Below, in pieces: positions 1 through 12,300 of a stretch of DNA of 64,000 bases. This DNA comes from Lytechinus pictus (taxonomy: Eukaryota). The notes under the pieces are model-generated. The model was given only the letters and a program-made list of their open reading frames with translations. It was not told the DNA's origin and did not search any database. The stretch is taken from the NCBI RefSeq assembly GCF_037042905.1, contig NC_087250.1, positions 20,276,001-20,340,000 on the forward strand, read 5' to 3'. Positions within the stretch are counted from its first letter, which is position 1; the number at the start of each line of letters is the position of its first letter. Both the position numbers and the translations under genes were made by a program.

Positions 1-16
1 CTCTAGTAAGTGTTAA

Positions 17-626
17 GGGGGTACTGATCCGTTGTAAAGTATATACATGGTAAACTGAATGAGTAGATTAAAATTCACACAGCAAATTCCTGAAAATTTC
101 ATCCAATATGGACAACAAATAGTGAAGTTATTAAATTTAAAGTTTAGCAAAATATTTGTTTTAATGGTTATACGCTTGCTGTGAATATTAATTAGATGGA
201 CTGATAATGTCTCATCCCCACTTTCTCTTTTCTTATATTTATAGATAAAATCATAATTGTTTCATTTTTTCGTGTATATGTGAATGATATAGTACATCTT
301 CCTTATAAAGAAGTAAGCTGCAGCAATGAAAATCTAGTGCTCTATATCAGTTGTCAATCCAATTGTTGTAGTTCTTAAAGGAAACAATTTGAATAAACCT
401 ATTTTTTTTATAATAAAATACAAAAGAACAAGTGGGAATATGACATCAGTTTACTCACTTAACATTCATGAATACATGCCTAGATGAACTGTTTCACTGG
501 AATAATGCAAATTTTAAAATTCCATAACTTTGTTATACCTTGTCCGATTCTGATCAAATTTTCAGTGTTTTCACGGTCTGTTTTTTCTCTGTTCATATCG
601 TATTTTTTCCAGCCTGGAACATTCAT
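17..626. mobile_element. Degenerate TTAA-flanked (Kolobok-like) MITE, same family as 51536-52089
   Basis: TTAA at 13-16 and 627-630. Long shared internal blocks with 51536-52089, e.g. GTTGTCAATCCAATT and AATAAAATACAAAAGAACAAGTGGG. Confidence 0.7.
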
Positions 627-1294
627 TTAACCTATGAAGGAGGGGCAGAATACTATAATGGGTCTGTGAAGGGAACAAATTTGGGGCCTTGTTCAGTTAA
701 TAAGAGGAAACTTTTGATTTCACGCATAAATTAGCATGACTAATTAGAAATGAGTTTTTGATTTTACAATCTTTCATATTATGCCATGAGCAACGCGCCT
801 GCCGATTTTCATACTGATCACGACGTGATCAATGACCGTGTTGACGGGGGGGGGGGGGGGGGGTAGTCTTCTTCGGCGGCGAAATAACCCAGTCTGTTTC
901 GGGATAAAGACATGTAATCGCTCCGATTTTTGATGAAATCGTCATTTTTGTGTAGTATGATTTTTCTTTATCTGTCTGATTTGGTAACAAGACTTACATT
1001 GGTAGCATTTTTTTTTATTTAGAAAATTGTTTCTCGGTTTTATTTACACTCTCAAGACATGATTTAACTATGGAAGGCTAACTATGACATTGATCTCTGA
1101 AGCCCGTATTCTGAAGTTCGGTTTAACCACTCAACTAGAAATAGCAGATATTTCTAGTTCAGTGGGTTTAAGATTAGACTATGGTCTAGATCTTTGCTAA
1201 AAGTATGGAAAGCCAAACATGTCAAAAATTTGATGCATCGTATGCCTTTCACGTTTACTGTGCTCACGTTTTCCGTGCTCATACATAATTATTC

Positions 1295-1641
1295 CGGTTT
1301 ATTTTCAATCGGTCTATTACCAACTCGTCTACTATCATTTGGTCTACCACCAATTCGTCCACTATCCACGTGGTCTAATTACCATTTCGTCTAATAACCA
1401 GTTGGTTCACTAGCAATTTAGTCCATATACAATTTGGTCTTATCGTCAATTGGGCGAATGAATAAAAATGAAATGGGTATTAGACAAGCTGGTTATGAGA
1501 CGGAATGGCTATAGACGAACTGGTGATTAGACAAAGTGATGATTGGACCAAATGGCTGTTAGACGAAATGTTGATGGGCGGAATGGCATAAGACTAAATG
1601 AAGATAGACGAGCTGGCAATAGACGAATTGGCAATTTACCA
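1295..1641. mobile_element. Fold-back repeat built from TTCGTC[CT]A / T[AG]GACGAA motifs; second copy at 60935-61345
   Basis: Extensive similarity between the two copies (CCAC[GA]TGGTCTAATT, CCATTTCGTCTAAT, CTGGTTATGAGACGG, TTAGACGAAATGTTGATGG). The left and right halves are inverted. Confidence 0.7.
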
Positions 1642-1771
1642 TTCTTTATTAAATGGTGAAGCCAACTGTCTCTTTTTCAAGGATAATTAAGAATGGTTTA
1701 AGAGTCAAATTGACTGATACATTGATACCTACTGTTAGAAACTTATGTCACAATTGGCTATCCATAGTTAA

Positions 1772-1985
1772 AGACAAATACCAGTAGTGGTAACGATCTC
1801 AAAATGAGTTTTAACAGAATATAATAAAATTACCACCAAAGTGCCAAATGACACTGGAAGAAAATGCGTAATTGCTGAGAAATGAGCAAAACAAGCACGG
1901 AATACCATTAAATGTCGGATATTTTTCGAAGCAATATTAATAAACTGTCCCACACTGATGCTTTTCTGTGTTAGTGATCATCAGA
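1772..1985 (+). mobile_element. Truncated copy of the TTAA MITE at 4449-4842
   Basis: TTAA|AGACAAATACCAGT...GGTAACGATCTCAAAATGA, GTAATTGCTGAGAAAT and ACTGTCCCAC match the 4449 copy. Confidence 0.7.
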
Positions 1986-2285
1986 ATTATCGATTTTGAG
2001 ATAAGATGAGACTAGAGCCTAAATTAAAAGGGAAAAGTCAATGCAAGAAATAAGAATTTCATTTTTTTTTTTGGCTTCTCATAATTTTAGCAGAGTAAGA
2101 CCATGGCCTAAGTTAAATTAGACTTCCGAATACGTGCCACTTTAAAACATTGACAGCATGTACCGCCAAACAGCTCTGATCTTTTCCGGTTTTGACACAA
2201 GATTGTTTTTCCTACGATTTTTATAGGGTAATATCACTTACTATTATTCTGAAATGCATTTATTTCGCCAAACCAGCCTATGATC

Positions 2286-2355
2286 CATAGGTGCCGCGGC
2301 CGGGATCGAACCCCGGACTTTTTATGTATAGCCAGGCGCCTTAGACCACTCGGCC
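2286..2355 (-). mobile_element. tRNA-derived SINE head fragment
   Basis: The minus strand reads GGCCGAGTGGTCTAAGGCG (A box)...GGTTCGATCCC (B box). The 3' part CATAGGTGCCGCGGCCGGG is shared with the SINE body at 14696-14827. Confidence 0.7.
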
Positions 2356-2857
2356 TAAGTCGAGTTCAGAGGAGCGATACCAATCGCGTTATCGACAGCC
2401 TATGACGTCACGCCTCTGCGCTGCAGCTGATCATCTCAACTTTACGCAAGAAATTCTCGACGACGAAAGTGAAATCGGGAAGAAATTGCAATAAAATCTT
2501 ATCGTACAGAATGCAAAGGTCAAAATCACTGCAATAATCAGAAAGCATAAATATTATTTTTCATTAAAATGTAAAAAACTCTATTGATTTGCGCTCATCT
2601 TAATTGTAAAAGATAATTTTACGGGGACGTTTCATCGCGTTCGCCGCCTGTTCGGCTACAGTTCATCAACACCAACACCGAACTTGAAATCACGATTTTC
2701 CTAATCCATGGGAGTTGGTGTTTGTGAATGTGGAAATTACACGTAGATCGTCAAAACCAGCGGTAATGCTCGGTTCAGCAGACGACATTCTACACCAGCG
2801 CTCAACACGAACTGCCGGAAATATGTCATATTTTCCGAGGTCAATCCCAACACCAGC

Positions 2858-2939
2858 GTGATTTCAAGTACGGTGTTGTGGCTGGTGTTGGTGTTGTCAC
2901 AACACCAACACCAGATTTCAACACCGTACTTGAAATCAC
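2858..2939. repeat. 82-bp near-perfect hairpin (tiny MITE-like palindrome)
   Basis: GTGATTTCAAGTACGGTGTTG (2858-2878) pairs with 2919-2939. Inner 16-bp arms at 2882-2897 and 2899-2914 have a 1-nt spacer. Confidence 0.85.
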
Positions 2940-2954
2940 CCAATCCCCCTAAAA

Positions 2955-3262
2955 AGAAGGAGGAGGAGGAAGAAGGAGAGTGAGAGGAGGAGGAGGAGGA
3001 GGGGGAGGAGGAGGAAGAGGAAGAAGAAACAGAGTAAGAAGAATAATATAATAAGATTGAAGAAGAAGAAAAAGAAGAAGTAGAAGGAGGAGAAGAAGAA
3101 GAAGAAGATTAAGAAGAAGAAGAAGAAAAAGAAGAAGATTAAGAAGAAGAAGAAGAAGGAAAGGAAGAAGAAAAAGAAGGGGAAGAAGAAGAATAATAAT
3201 AAGAAGAAGAAGGTAGAAGAAGAGGAAGAAGAAGAAGAAAGAGACTAAGAAGAAGGAAGAGG
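2955..3262. repeat. (GAA/GGA)n purine microsatellite
   Basis: Directly visible. Confidence 0.95.
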
Positions 3263-3940
3263 GAGACGTGTGTGTATGGGGGGGGGGGGGGGGTAATTGA
3301 GTGAGAAAGGGGAAGGGGAAAGCGTCTAATTATGTGTAAGATTTTTAGACAAGAAAAACTCCTTGTTTAAACGAGTTGCATATCAGCGTCTCTGTACTCA
3401 TGAGTGAACATGATAATGACTTTGTGTAAATTCATACATTTAACATTTTTAATTTCAAATGCTTTTTAGCAAATACCTTAGTCGATCCGTACCAGTTTTT
3501 GCTGCAGCATTAATTCTATATATATATATAGGGACAACTCTTGTGCTAAACTCCAAATCTGTATTTTTAATCGTAGGCAGGGTAGGACTTAAGTTGATTA
3601 ATTAGCCACTCAGTAACATCTGTTAAAGTCAAACAAATTAATTATTATTCAATCCCATAAGGCCGATTAAAATGCATGCCAAGACACTTAAACCTGGATT
3701 ACGAAACTGTAAAAGATAAGAATGCGCCGAAGGTTAGACTTGCTAAAGAGATAAAAAGTAGGCCAATTTTGATGTGCAAGCTCTCAACTCAAAATATCTC
3801 AGAAAAATAGATGCTAAATTAATAATCCTCGTCGGTTGATATAATTAGGTAGAAAGAAAAATAATATTTCGTAGATACTATTTCGTTGTAAAGAAAACAA
3901 ACCCCACCGCAAACTGGGGTGTTGAAACTGTCACCATCTG

Positions 3941-4100
3941 GGGGTGTTTCATCAAAAATTTTTGTCCGACGAGTTGTCAGATCTGACAACTTTCCTTGAC
4001 TTTGATTGGCTAAGAAGCACTGTTACTATACTGCAACTGTCGGATAAAATGGGACTTGTCAGAAAAAACGTCTGACAAGTCCTTTCATGAAACGCTCCCC
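3941..4100. mobile_element. Harbinger-like MITE inserted in a CACT-type host MITE (about 3905-4330)
   Basis: TIRs GGGGTGTTTCAT / ATGAAACGCTCCCC with a 3-bp CTG-like target duplication. Same family as 42092-42229. Confidence 0.75.
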
Positions 4101-4448
4101 CGGTGTGCCTCGAGCACCACACTCTTAGGTGTTAAAATTACACCATGGATGTCCAATATAAAACCAAACAGTGTTAAAAGTAACGACCGAAGGTGTTGTT
4201 AATTACCTAAGGGTGTTGAGCCAACACCAACACCAACACCAGGCCTGAAATGATTGGTGCTGCCCCCTATGTACACCACTCAACACCACCTTTTGCTGTG
4301 TTCGAGGTCAACAATACCAGTTCGTTTCCTGTTCGAGATGCACACACACCCCCTCTCACACATACACCCCACCCCCACTCATACACACACACACACACAC
4401 CCACACCCTCACCCTCGCATTACGATGTGTATGCAACATGAACGTTAA

Positions 4449-4842
4449 AGATAAATTCCAGTTTTGGTAACGATCTCAAAATGACTTTTTACAGAATCTA
4501 ATATAATGACCACCCAAGTGTTTGTTTGTATGAATAAAAAATATGTGCCAAAGGATTCTGGAAGAAATTGTGTAATTGCTGAGAAATAAGCAAAATAAGC
4601 GCGGATTCGGTCACTTCCGTCGGGTCTTTATTCCAGCAATAATAATACACTGTCCCACGTGTGCCTATCTGTGTTGGTGATCTTCAGTGTGAACATTTTT
4701 CAGCGTAGATTTCAGGATTTCACAAAGTTCAGTTTATGTAACTGTACCAGATCTAGATCCTCGATGATATACTGCCAATTAAGCCTTGTTTTACAGACTT
4801 TCTCATGAAATCAGTGTTTACTGCAACTACTGGAATTTCTCT
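4449..4842. mobile_element. Kolobok-like MITE with TTAA TSD
   Basis: TTAA|AGATAAATTCCAGT ... ACTGGAATTTCTCT|TTAA. Purine-purine termini with a TTAA TSD are typical of Kolobok rather than piggyBac. Confidence 0.8.
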
Positions 4843-4922
4843 TTAACCCTGTGCTAAAGTTAAAAAAGGTGTTTTTGGTAACACCAATATTCGTTGGAAT
4901 GACATAAACCTAAAACCGACGT

Positions 4923-5094
4923 CAGGGCTCCGTAACACAAAGATTAGCGATCAATCGCTAAATGAACTGACCAATCAATATCAATGTTACACCCGCATTA
5001 GGTTTAAAATACTGACCAGGGACCAATCAGTGCGATTCTTTCATATTTTCAATCCATCGCAAACCTTTGTGTTACGGTAACTTACGGAGCCCTG
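4923..5094. mobile_element. Harbinger-like MITE
   Basis: CAGGGCTCCGTAACACAAAG ... CTTTGTGTTACG(gtaacttacg)GAGCCCTG. Confidence 0.7.
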
Positions 5095-5546
5095 GTACCG
5101 TTTGATGTCTGAATCATGGCCTTGGAAAAGGTAATGAAAATGAAAAAAATATATATAATCAAACTTTACAGCTCGATCGCCACGTCTGATAGCATTCGCG
5201 TTACTCTTTTCAAGCTCCAATATTGATATAAATGTACTGCACGCGACAGATGGCTGGTATGATAAGTATATATATATATATATATCCTCCTCAATAGGTT
5301 ATGGGAGCAGAGGCTTGGGAAAGATTTTTGAGAAGCCGGTGCTGGGTTGGGAAAAAAGACAAGCAAAATAATAATAATAACTAAACAAATTTAACATTTC
5401 CCAGTGCCATCCGCTTCCCGGGGCCCTGTTGATGGGGGGGGGGGGGGGTACCAACTAAATAACTATCAAAATCATTTTCAAAATTAATTTTTAATGTATT
5501 TAAAAAAGACGAAAAATTGTGTTCTTCTAATCATGCCAGTTTGAAA

Positions 5547-5650
5547 AGATAAGATAAAACTTAATATGCAAACAGTCTTTCGACTATTATCTCTTATCAG
5601 AGATATAGTATAACAGAAGGCATAGGTCCTGAATTGTGCTGTAAAAGGAA
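5547..5650 (+). promoter_or_regulatory. Candidate proximal promoter of the subtilase: four WGATAA sites plus a forkhead-like site
   Basis: AGATAA at 5547 and 5552, TTATCT at 5587, TTATCA at 5594, TATGCAAACA (reverse TGTTTGCATA) at 5566, and TATA-like TGTAAAAG about 30 bp before the putative Inr. Confidence 0.4.
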
Positions 5651-5669
5651 GTGTTAGAGGACAACGCTA

Positions 5670-5703
5670 TCATTCTTACAATAGATATTCTTTGAGGAGG
5701 AAG
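5670..5703 (+). other. Putative non-coding first exon of the subtilase gene, spliced to the acceptor at 6355/6356
   Basis: Strong donor AAG|GTAAGT at 5704. The ATG exon is preceded by a polypyrimidine tract and CAG acceptor, so an upstream exon is required. Inr-like TCATTC at about 5670. The 5' boundary is a guess. Confidence 0.5.
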
Positions 5704-6371
5704 GTAAGTAGATATTACATAAGTACTCGGTCTTTGCTACATTTTTTGTCGAGAATGTTCATATTAAACATGATACAGTATAATTGATATTATATAGATA
5801 AGTTCGATTTCTGGTATAGAAATCTCATACAGATAGGAAATAGTTGGAAAAAATCCTTAAGTGTTCATCATATGCCAGAATGCTTACTAAATAATTCAGA
5901 ACAAAGTTTGATTAATTTCAATGATTCAGGCTTGCTTGAAATTGTATTCATTTCATTACAACGTGCCTTGATTACTTTTTTTTACATGTATAAACTATGT
6001 TGAATTGAGTTAAGTCGGAATCATTTTATCTTCGGTACAAATGCTTGCCATTGAGATAGTTTCCAAAAATAATAAAGGCCTATGCATTCTGATTTTTATG
6101 ACATTTATTTAATTATATGTCCTAAGCGTGGTAAGCCAAGCTCTTAAAACAAAGATAATTCCACACGTGGAAAATAACTTTGTGGAAAAACACGTGAAAG
6201 AAAACTTTGTTTCACATGACAATTAAAAAAAATCATAAAAGTGAAAATCTCTCATTTGCATATCGCTAAGTAATGCATGCGTCAACCGTTTTGTGAAAAG
6301 TAAGCTAAACTGTAAAATACCGTAATTTTCTTTTTTCACAAATTTTCCCAAACAGCGTACGCTCGAGCATC

Positions 6372-9300
6372 ATGAAACTTTTCGCTGCTTGCATGTTATC
6401 TGTGATTGCCACTACCGTTGCACTGGCTCCGGTTTACCGAGTGGATGAAGCGAACGACGGCATCAGGGGACGCTTCGTTATAAAGATAAAGGTATTTGAA
6501 ATTTTCGTTGGCAAATCAGGCGATCTATGTTAAGTATATATTAGATTTGAAATTAGATTTCTAGGAAATATTTACATCAGCATGGCGTTACAAATTCAAA
6601 TTATATAGCAAATAGCACACATATTTGAGTAATAATATATATTTGAGGAAAGCAATATATCGCCTCGGTTCATATTACTATTTGAAAGTGAACCAGATGG
6701 GCAAGCGGTTTGAAGGATGTTTGTTTTAATCAGATAGTCTATGGGCTGAACCTATTTCATCTCTTCTCAGTTTAGTCTAGAGTCGTTATACCCACTTTTT
6801 CAAAAGAAAATTCGGTTCATTAATGATTCGTCGAATCACATAAAGTGAGGACACACCAATCAGCGGATATTTTACAAATAGATAAGGCCTATAACCGAAT
6901 TATAATAGAATAAATTTATCAGACATTTTAAAAAGATTATATTATTACTTTCGTTATAAAAGGACACGTCCATCCCGACAAATTTTTGTTTGAATGAAAA
7001 GAGAAAATTTAACGAGCATAACACTGAATATTTCATCAAAATCAGGTGTAGAATAAGAAAGTTATGAAAATTTCAAGTTTTGCTTAAAGAAAGGCACATC
7101 CTGATTGGGTATTCAAATCATGTGACTGATTGAATTGAATTGAATTGAATTTATTCTCATACTTCACAAGATAACAAAATAACATAATACAAGAAATACA
7201 TTTGATTACATAGAAAATACAAAGATAATGGCAGCAAATAAAGTGAAATATGAAGGAACCTGCATAAAAAGCAGAGCTTGTAATGTCTGCAGGTTCCTTA
7301 AAGTAATTATGAAGTTCGTAAGGAGATCGGACACTAAAGAAAAATCAGACTACAAAGGAAAAGCCAAAGATTAGCGCAAAATCACGGGGTAAAGAATTTG
7401 AGGAAAAGTGGACAATGTGAAATATAGGAGGGGGATGAGCGAAGAATGAAAATTAAAAAAATAAAAAACTATACCACAGTATACCTTTAAAAAGGGAAAA
7501 ATCAAATACATTATATATATTCAGCCAGTGCGTCTTAACGGTGTCCATAACTGGACAAAAGAAATGATTTCAGTTTACATTTAAACATACTTAGGGATAA
7601 ACAGCTAGTTATTTCGTTTGGAAGATTATTCCAAAGCCTTGGTCCTTCGAAAACAATTGTTCTTTGAGCAAATAACGTACGAGTACGTGGAAGGTGAAAT
7701 GAGTCACTTTGGCGGGTAGGATAAGAATGGATGAGGTTGTTTCTTTGAAACAAGGAAGAGAAAATTTCCGGTAGATCATCTTTTGAGAGTTGAAACATGA
7801 ATGTACCCAAATGAAATTCGTAAAGATCATGAATTTTCAGGATTTTATTTTTTTTAAATAATGGATTTGTGTGTGCATAAAAGTCAGATTGGTTAATTAC
7901 CCTAATTGCCCGCTTTTGTAATTTAAATAACATTTCTAATACAGTCTTGTTTGTATTACCCCAAGCCAATATACCATAATTTAATCGTGATGAAATGAGA
8001 GTCATATATAAGTTCAATAGTATATAATCAGGGAAAAATAATTTTAGCTTGCTTAGAATACCAATACTTCTAGAAGTCAATTTACTCAAGTAATTAATGT
8101 GACACTTCCAAGACAAATCTTGATCAATATAAAGCCCAAGAAATTTGGTGGATTCAACCTGTAATAAATTTACATTATCCATGACTACTTGACCAGGTAA
8201 ACTTTTGAGAGAATTACTGAAAATCATAAAATTAGTTTTCTTAACATTAAGTGACAACTTGTTAGCTCTAATCCAAGACTGAACTGATAGAAGTTCTGTA
8301 TTCAAAGTATTAAGTAGCGTATGTGGGTCACGGTGAGACAGAAAAAGATTAGAATCATCAGCAAACAAAATAAATGACAAAATATTGGAAGAATTATTAA
8401 AATCATTAATGTAAAGAATAAAAAGTAAGGGACCAAGGAGTGATCCTTGGGGTACTCCGCAAGATATTGATTTCAAACTAGAATTTATACCTGTATAAGA
8501 AACAAATTGTTTACGAGAACTGAGGTAGCTCCTGAACCAATCCAAGGCCTTCCCACGAATACCATAATGTGATAATTTATATAACAATATATCATGATTG
8601 ATCGTGTCGAAGGCCTTGGAAAGGTCCAGGAATATACCAACAGTATGTAATGACTTATCGACGGCACAAGCCACCTTGTCAATAAAAGAAAGTAAGGCAT
8701 GAATAGTTGAATGTTTTTTCCTGAAACCAAACTGAGAGTCACTTAATATTTGAGAGTCGGTTAAAAATTTGATTAAGCGTGAGTATATTATCTTTTCTAG
8801 TAGCTTTGAAAGGGAAGTGAGTAGTGAAATTGGACGATAGTTGCAAACTTCTCGTTTATCATCTTTTTTAAAAACGGGTATAACCTTTGCTACTTTCATA
8901 TTACAAGGAACAACTCCATTTACTAATGATAGATTAAAAATATATGTCAAAGGTGAGAGTATTTCATTAATTACCTTTTTTAGAAGAAAATTTGTTATTC
9001 CATCACTGCCAGGACTCTTATTGCATTTTAAATTATTTACAATATCTTTAACTTCGTATTCGACTATAGGGGTAAGGAAAATAGATTGCGGATTAGGATT
9101 CTTTAAAAACGATGTAAATTCTCTATCAGATTCAGGGATATTCCTTGAGAGGTTAGTACCAATTTGAACAAAGTAATCGTTGAACAACTCGGCTATTTCA
9201 GTAGGATCTTCGATAATTCTCCCGTTGTGTGAGATTTCTTTTGTTGGTTCGGACTTTTTGTTCGATCGTAGAACCTTGTTTATCACCTTCCACGTACTCG

Positions 9301-12300
9301 AACTATCGCTCTTGTACTTGTTAAATTGATCAGAAAAATACATTTTTTTGGCAAGACGTAGGGAAGTTGTCAGTATATTACGATATCGAATATATTTCAT
9401 TTTAAGTTTATCTTTACTAGGTTGTTTTTTATATTTGCAAAATAATTTATTTTTACGGTTGATAGACTTAAGGAGAGATTGAGAGATCCAGGGGAGTCTA
9501 GGTGTCTTTTTATATGTGGAGCGGGAAAACTTCTTAAGGGGGATTGTAGCATTATAAGTAGACATAAAAAGATCCAAGAATTTGTCAAAACAAATGTCCG
9601 GGTCTTGAATGTTATAAATGATATTCCAGTCGATCTCATTTAATCTCTCCCTAAATCTATTTAAATTTTCTTCTGATATGTCTCGAACACTAATTGATGC
9701 AGATTTATTGTTATTTCTGCCGAAAAACACCTCAACAAAAATAGGAAAATGGTCTGACAAATCAGACACCAAAATGCCAGATGACGTACTAGATAAACTA
9801 TTTACAAAAATATTATCTATCAAAGTTGACGACGAGTCTGTAATTCTAGTTGGTTTGGTAATAGAGGGTATAAAAGAGCAAGATAACATGACATTAAGAA
9901 ATTCCTGGCAAGAAGAAACAGTGTTACAATGCAATAAATCTAAATTGAAGTCTCCCATAAGAAGGACATTCTTGTTGTAAAGAACAGGAGATGACAGTAA
10001 GTTTTGGAGACAATCCAAAAAGTCTTGAGTGTTACCTTTAGGAGGCCTGTATATTTCACCAACAACCATTTGCTTCTTGTCAGGCATTTCAATTTGAATA
10101 AAAATACATTCAATAAAATCAGACATTTTATTTAGCTCCTTTAGTTCTCTGACATTTAAATTATTAGACACGTAAAACCCAACCCCTCCCCCTCTTTTAT
10201 GTTCTCTGTTATTAGAATAAAAGGTAAACCCATCAATAGAAACAAGAGAGTATTGAAAATCATTCAACCAGGTCTCAGATAAACCAATAACACAGTAACC
10301 ATAATTGAGTTGATGAATAAGAGAATGAAAGTGATCCACATTCTTATTGAGACTTCTCACATTATGGTGCATGAGAAAGAGTTCGTCCTTTGATTTCAAT
10401 GAGTTACTGATGACGTTGTCAACTGAAAAGTATCTGGACGATAATTTGTGCAAGCGTACATCGTTGGAATCTAAGTCAAATAAAAGATCAGGTGTTTGGA
10501 GGTTTAAATACCGTGGGAGATCACCACGGTTATTTACATCAATATACTCATTACCCATATACGACTAAATAAATGTAGAAAGGAATGTGTGGAGGTGATT
10601 GAAATTGGCTATCAAAAGACGAACTCTTTAATACTGTTGAGCAACCATCAAGAAGAAAAGACTGTGTAAGGCAGTAATAATACAACGAAATGCGATAAAA
10701 AGTGATTAACATATAAATGCTGTAGAATTGAATTGATTTCAAAGCAAGATGTAATAAGAATGGCAATTTCATTAAGACACAAAATACATGTAGAGAGAAA
10801 ATACAATGTAAGACGCACTGACTGAACAATAATACCAAATACATGTAAAGCCATGCAAAAACGGCAATCATGTTGGATGAAACATCCAAAGTAATAAAAA
10901 TATATTTAGATAAATTCAACATTAACAATTCATGCACAGAAAATGTTGTCCTGAGCATTGTATTGCAAATAAATCAGCAGATTTGCAGCCAAATTATTGT
11001 ATGAGTACGGTCAAAAAGAAAATTGAAAACACAGAAATCTAAGAAACAAAGTCATAGCTAGTTGAGATTTTTTTTTCCCAAAAAAGTTTCAAACCGCCTC
11101 GATCATAAGACATAATTATAAGGTGTCATTGTCATAAGATCTAGGAGAAGAGATAATTCTGCAAATAAACTTGGGAGAGGAAAAGAATGGGATAAAACAA
11201 GTGATTTTGGAAAAATGAAACTTCAACAAAAATGCAGCTGTCGCGTTAAAGTGAGAATCACACTATATGAAAACATTTGATTCATGATTACCAGATAATC
11301 AGAAAATACAAAAGCTGAAGATATACCTCACAACATAAAATTGAAGTTCTTGTTTAGAAGCCAAATTCTATAACAATTTTCATGATTGCTTCTTATAACA
11401 AGCTATGAAGAAGGGATAAGTACTGTTAATTGTGAGAAAATCGTTATGTAGTTATGTATACCTATAGTCTAAACACTTCAAGAGCATTAATTGGAGTTCC
11501 ATTTTACAGGCAAAACTTGATGTTAAAAAGAAATATGCCAAATTCGCTGTGTAACAATCACTCACCAATAATTGCCAAAGTAAGGGTTACAAGTCATTGT
11601 AGGCAACAAAATGGTGACGTCACTCACTCACTATTTCGTTTGTATCTTATTACAATCATGAACCTATGTAATATTCTAAATTTTCTTCTTATAGTTATTT
11701 GAGACAAAGTTTTTTTCCTCCCTGACATGTAATATTGCCATTTTTAAAATCAATTTTATGGTTCAGTCAAGTTGTCGTTATTGTCAAATCTCTAAAACTT
11801 GAAATTTTGCACTATTCAAAAAATAAAAAATAAACAGTGAGTGTGCTGAGGGAACACCATCAACTCTCTCATTATCATGCCACTGATTTGTGCATAAAAC
11901 TGTTTTGTGAAAATAGGCGAAAACTTAAAATGTCATAATTTTCCTTATTTTACAGCCGACTTAGATGAAATTTTCAGCGTTACGCTAGTTTGATTTTTCT
12001 CTGTTGATTCAATTAACGTTTTGTCTGGGGTGGACTTGACCTTTAATTATTGCGCGTTTTAAAGCAATCGTCATTAGCTCAGTGGTATGATACCAAGAGT
12101 TTCAAATCTCGTTTTGATAGCAGGGCTAATACCACTCTAAAGTTTAAAAAAATCAGTATAAATCCAGTTAAGCTGCAATCTTAAAAATGGTTGGCAACAT
12201 ACTGTCCACACAACAATCGGTTAAAACTTTATCAAATTCTGGGTAGTTTTAAACCAATATGGGTGAAAACTACACAAATTTGGTTGAAAACTACCCAGAG

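Larger units (their letters stand above)
1103..2135. mobile_element. MITE of the CCCGTATTCTGAAGT family carrying nested insertions
   Basis: Left end CCCGTATTCTGAAGTTCGGTTTAA; right end TTAGACTTCCGAATACG. Relatives at 15394-15694, 24465-24905 and about 43258-43750. Confidence 0.6.
6961..12042. mobile_element. Kolobok-like MITE split by the CR1 LINE (parts 6961-7130 and 11615-12042)
   Basis: Left end AGGACACGTCCATCCC; right end GGGGTGGACTTGACCT|TTAA. The two halves join collinearly when compared with the uninterrupted relative at about 57410-57944. Confidence 0.85.

Noticed and set aside
2286..2355. Possible tRNA gene
   Set aside because: A and B boxes are present, but the acceptor stem is incomplete and the 3' end matches the SINE at 14696-14827.
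8485..10568. Short ORFs overlapping the LINE ORF2 in other frames or on the other strand
   Set aside because: Shadow ORFs of the retrotransposon coding sequence. The same applies to 26111-28367.
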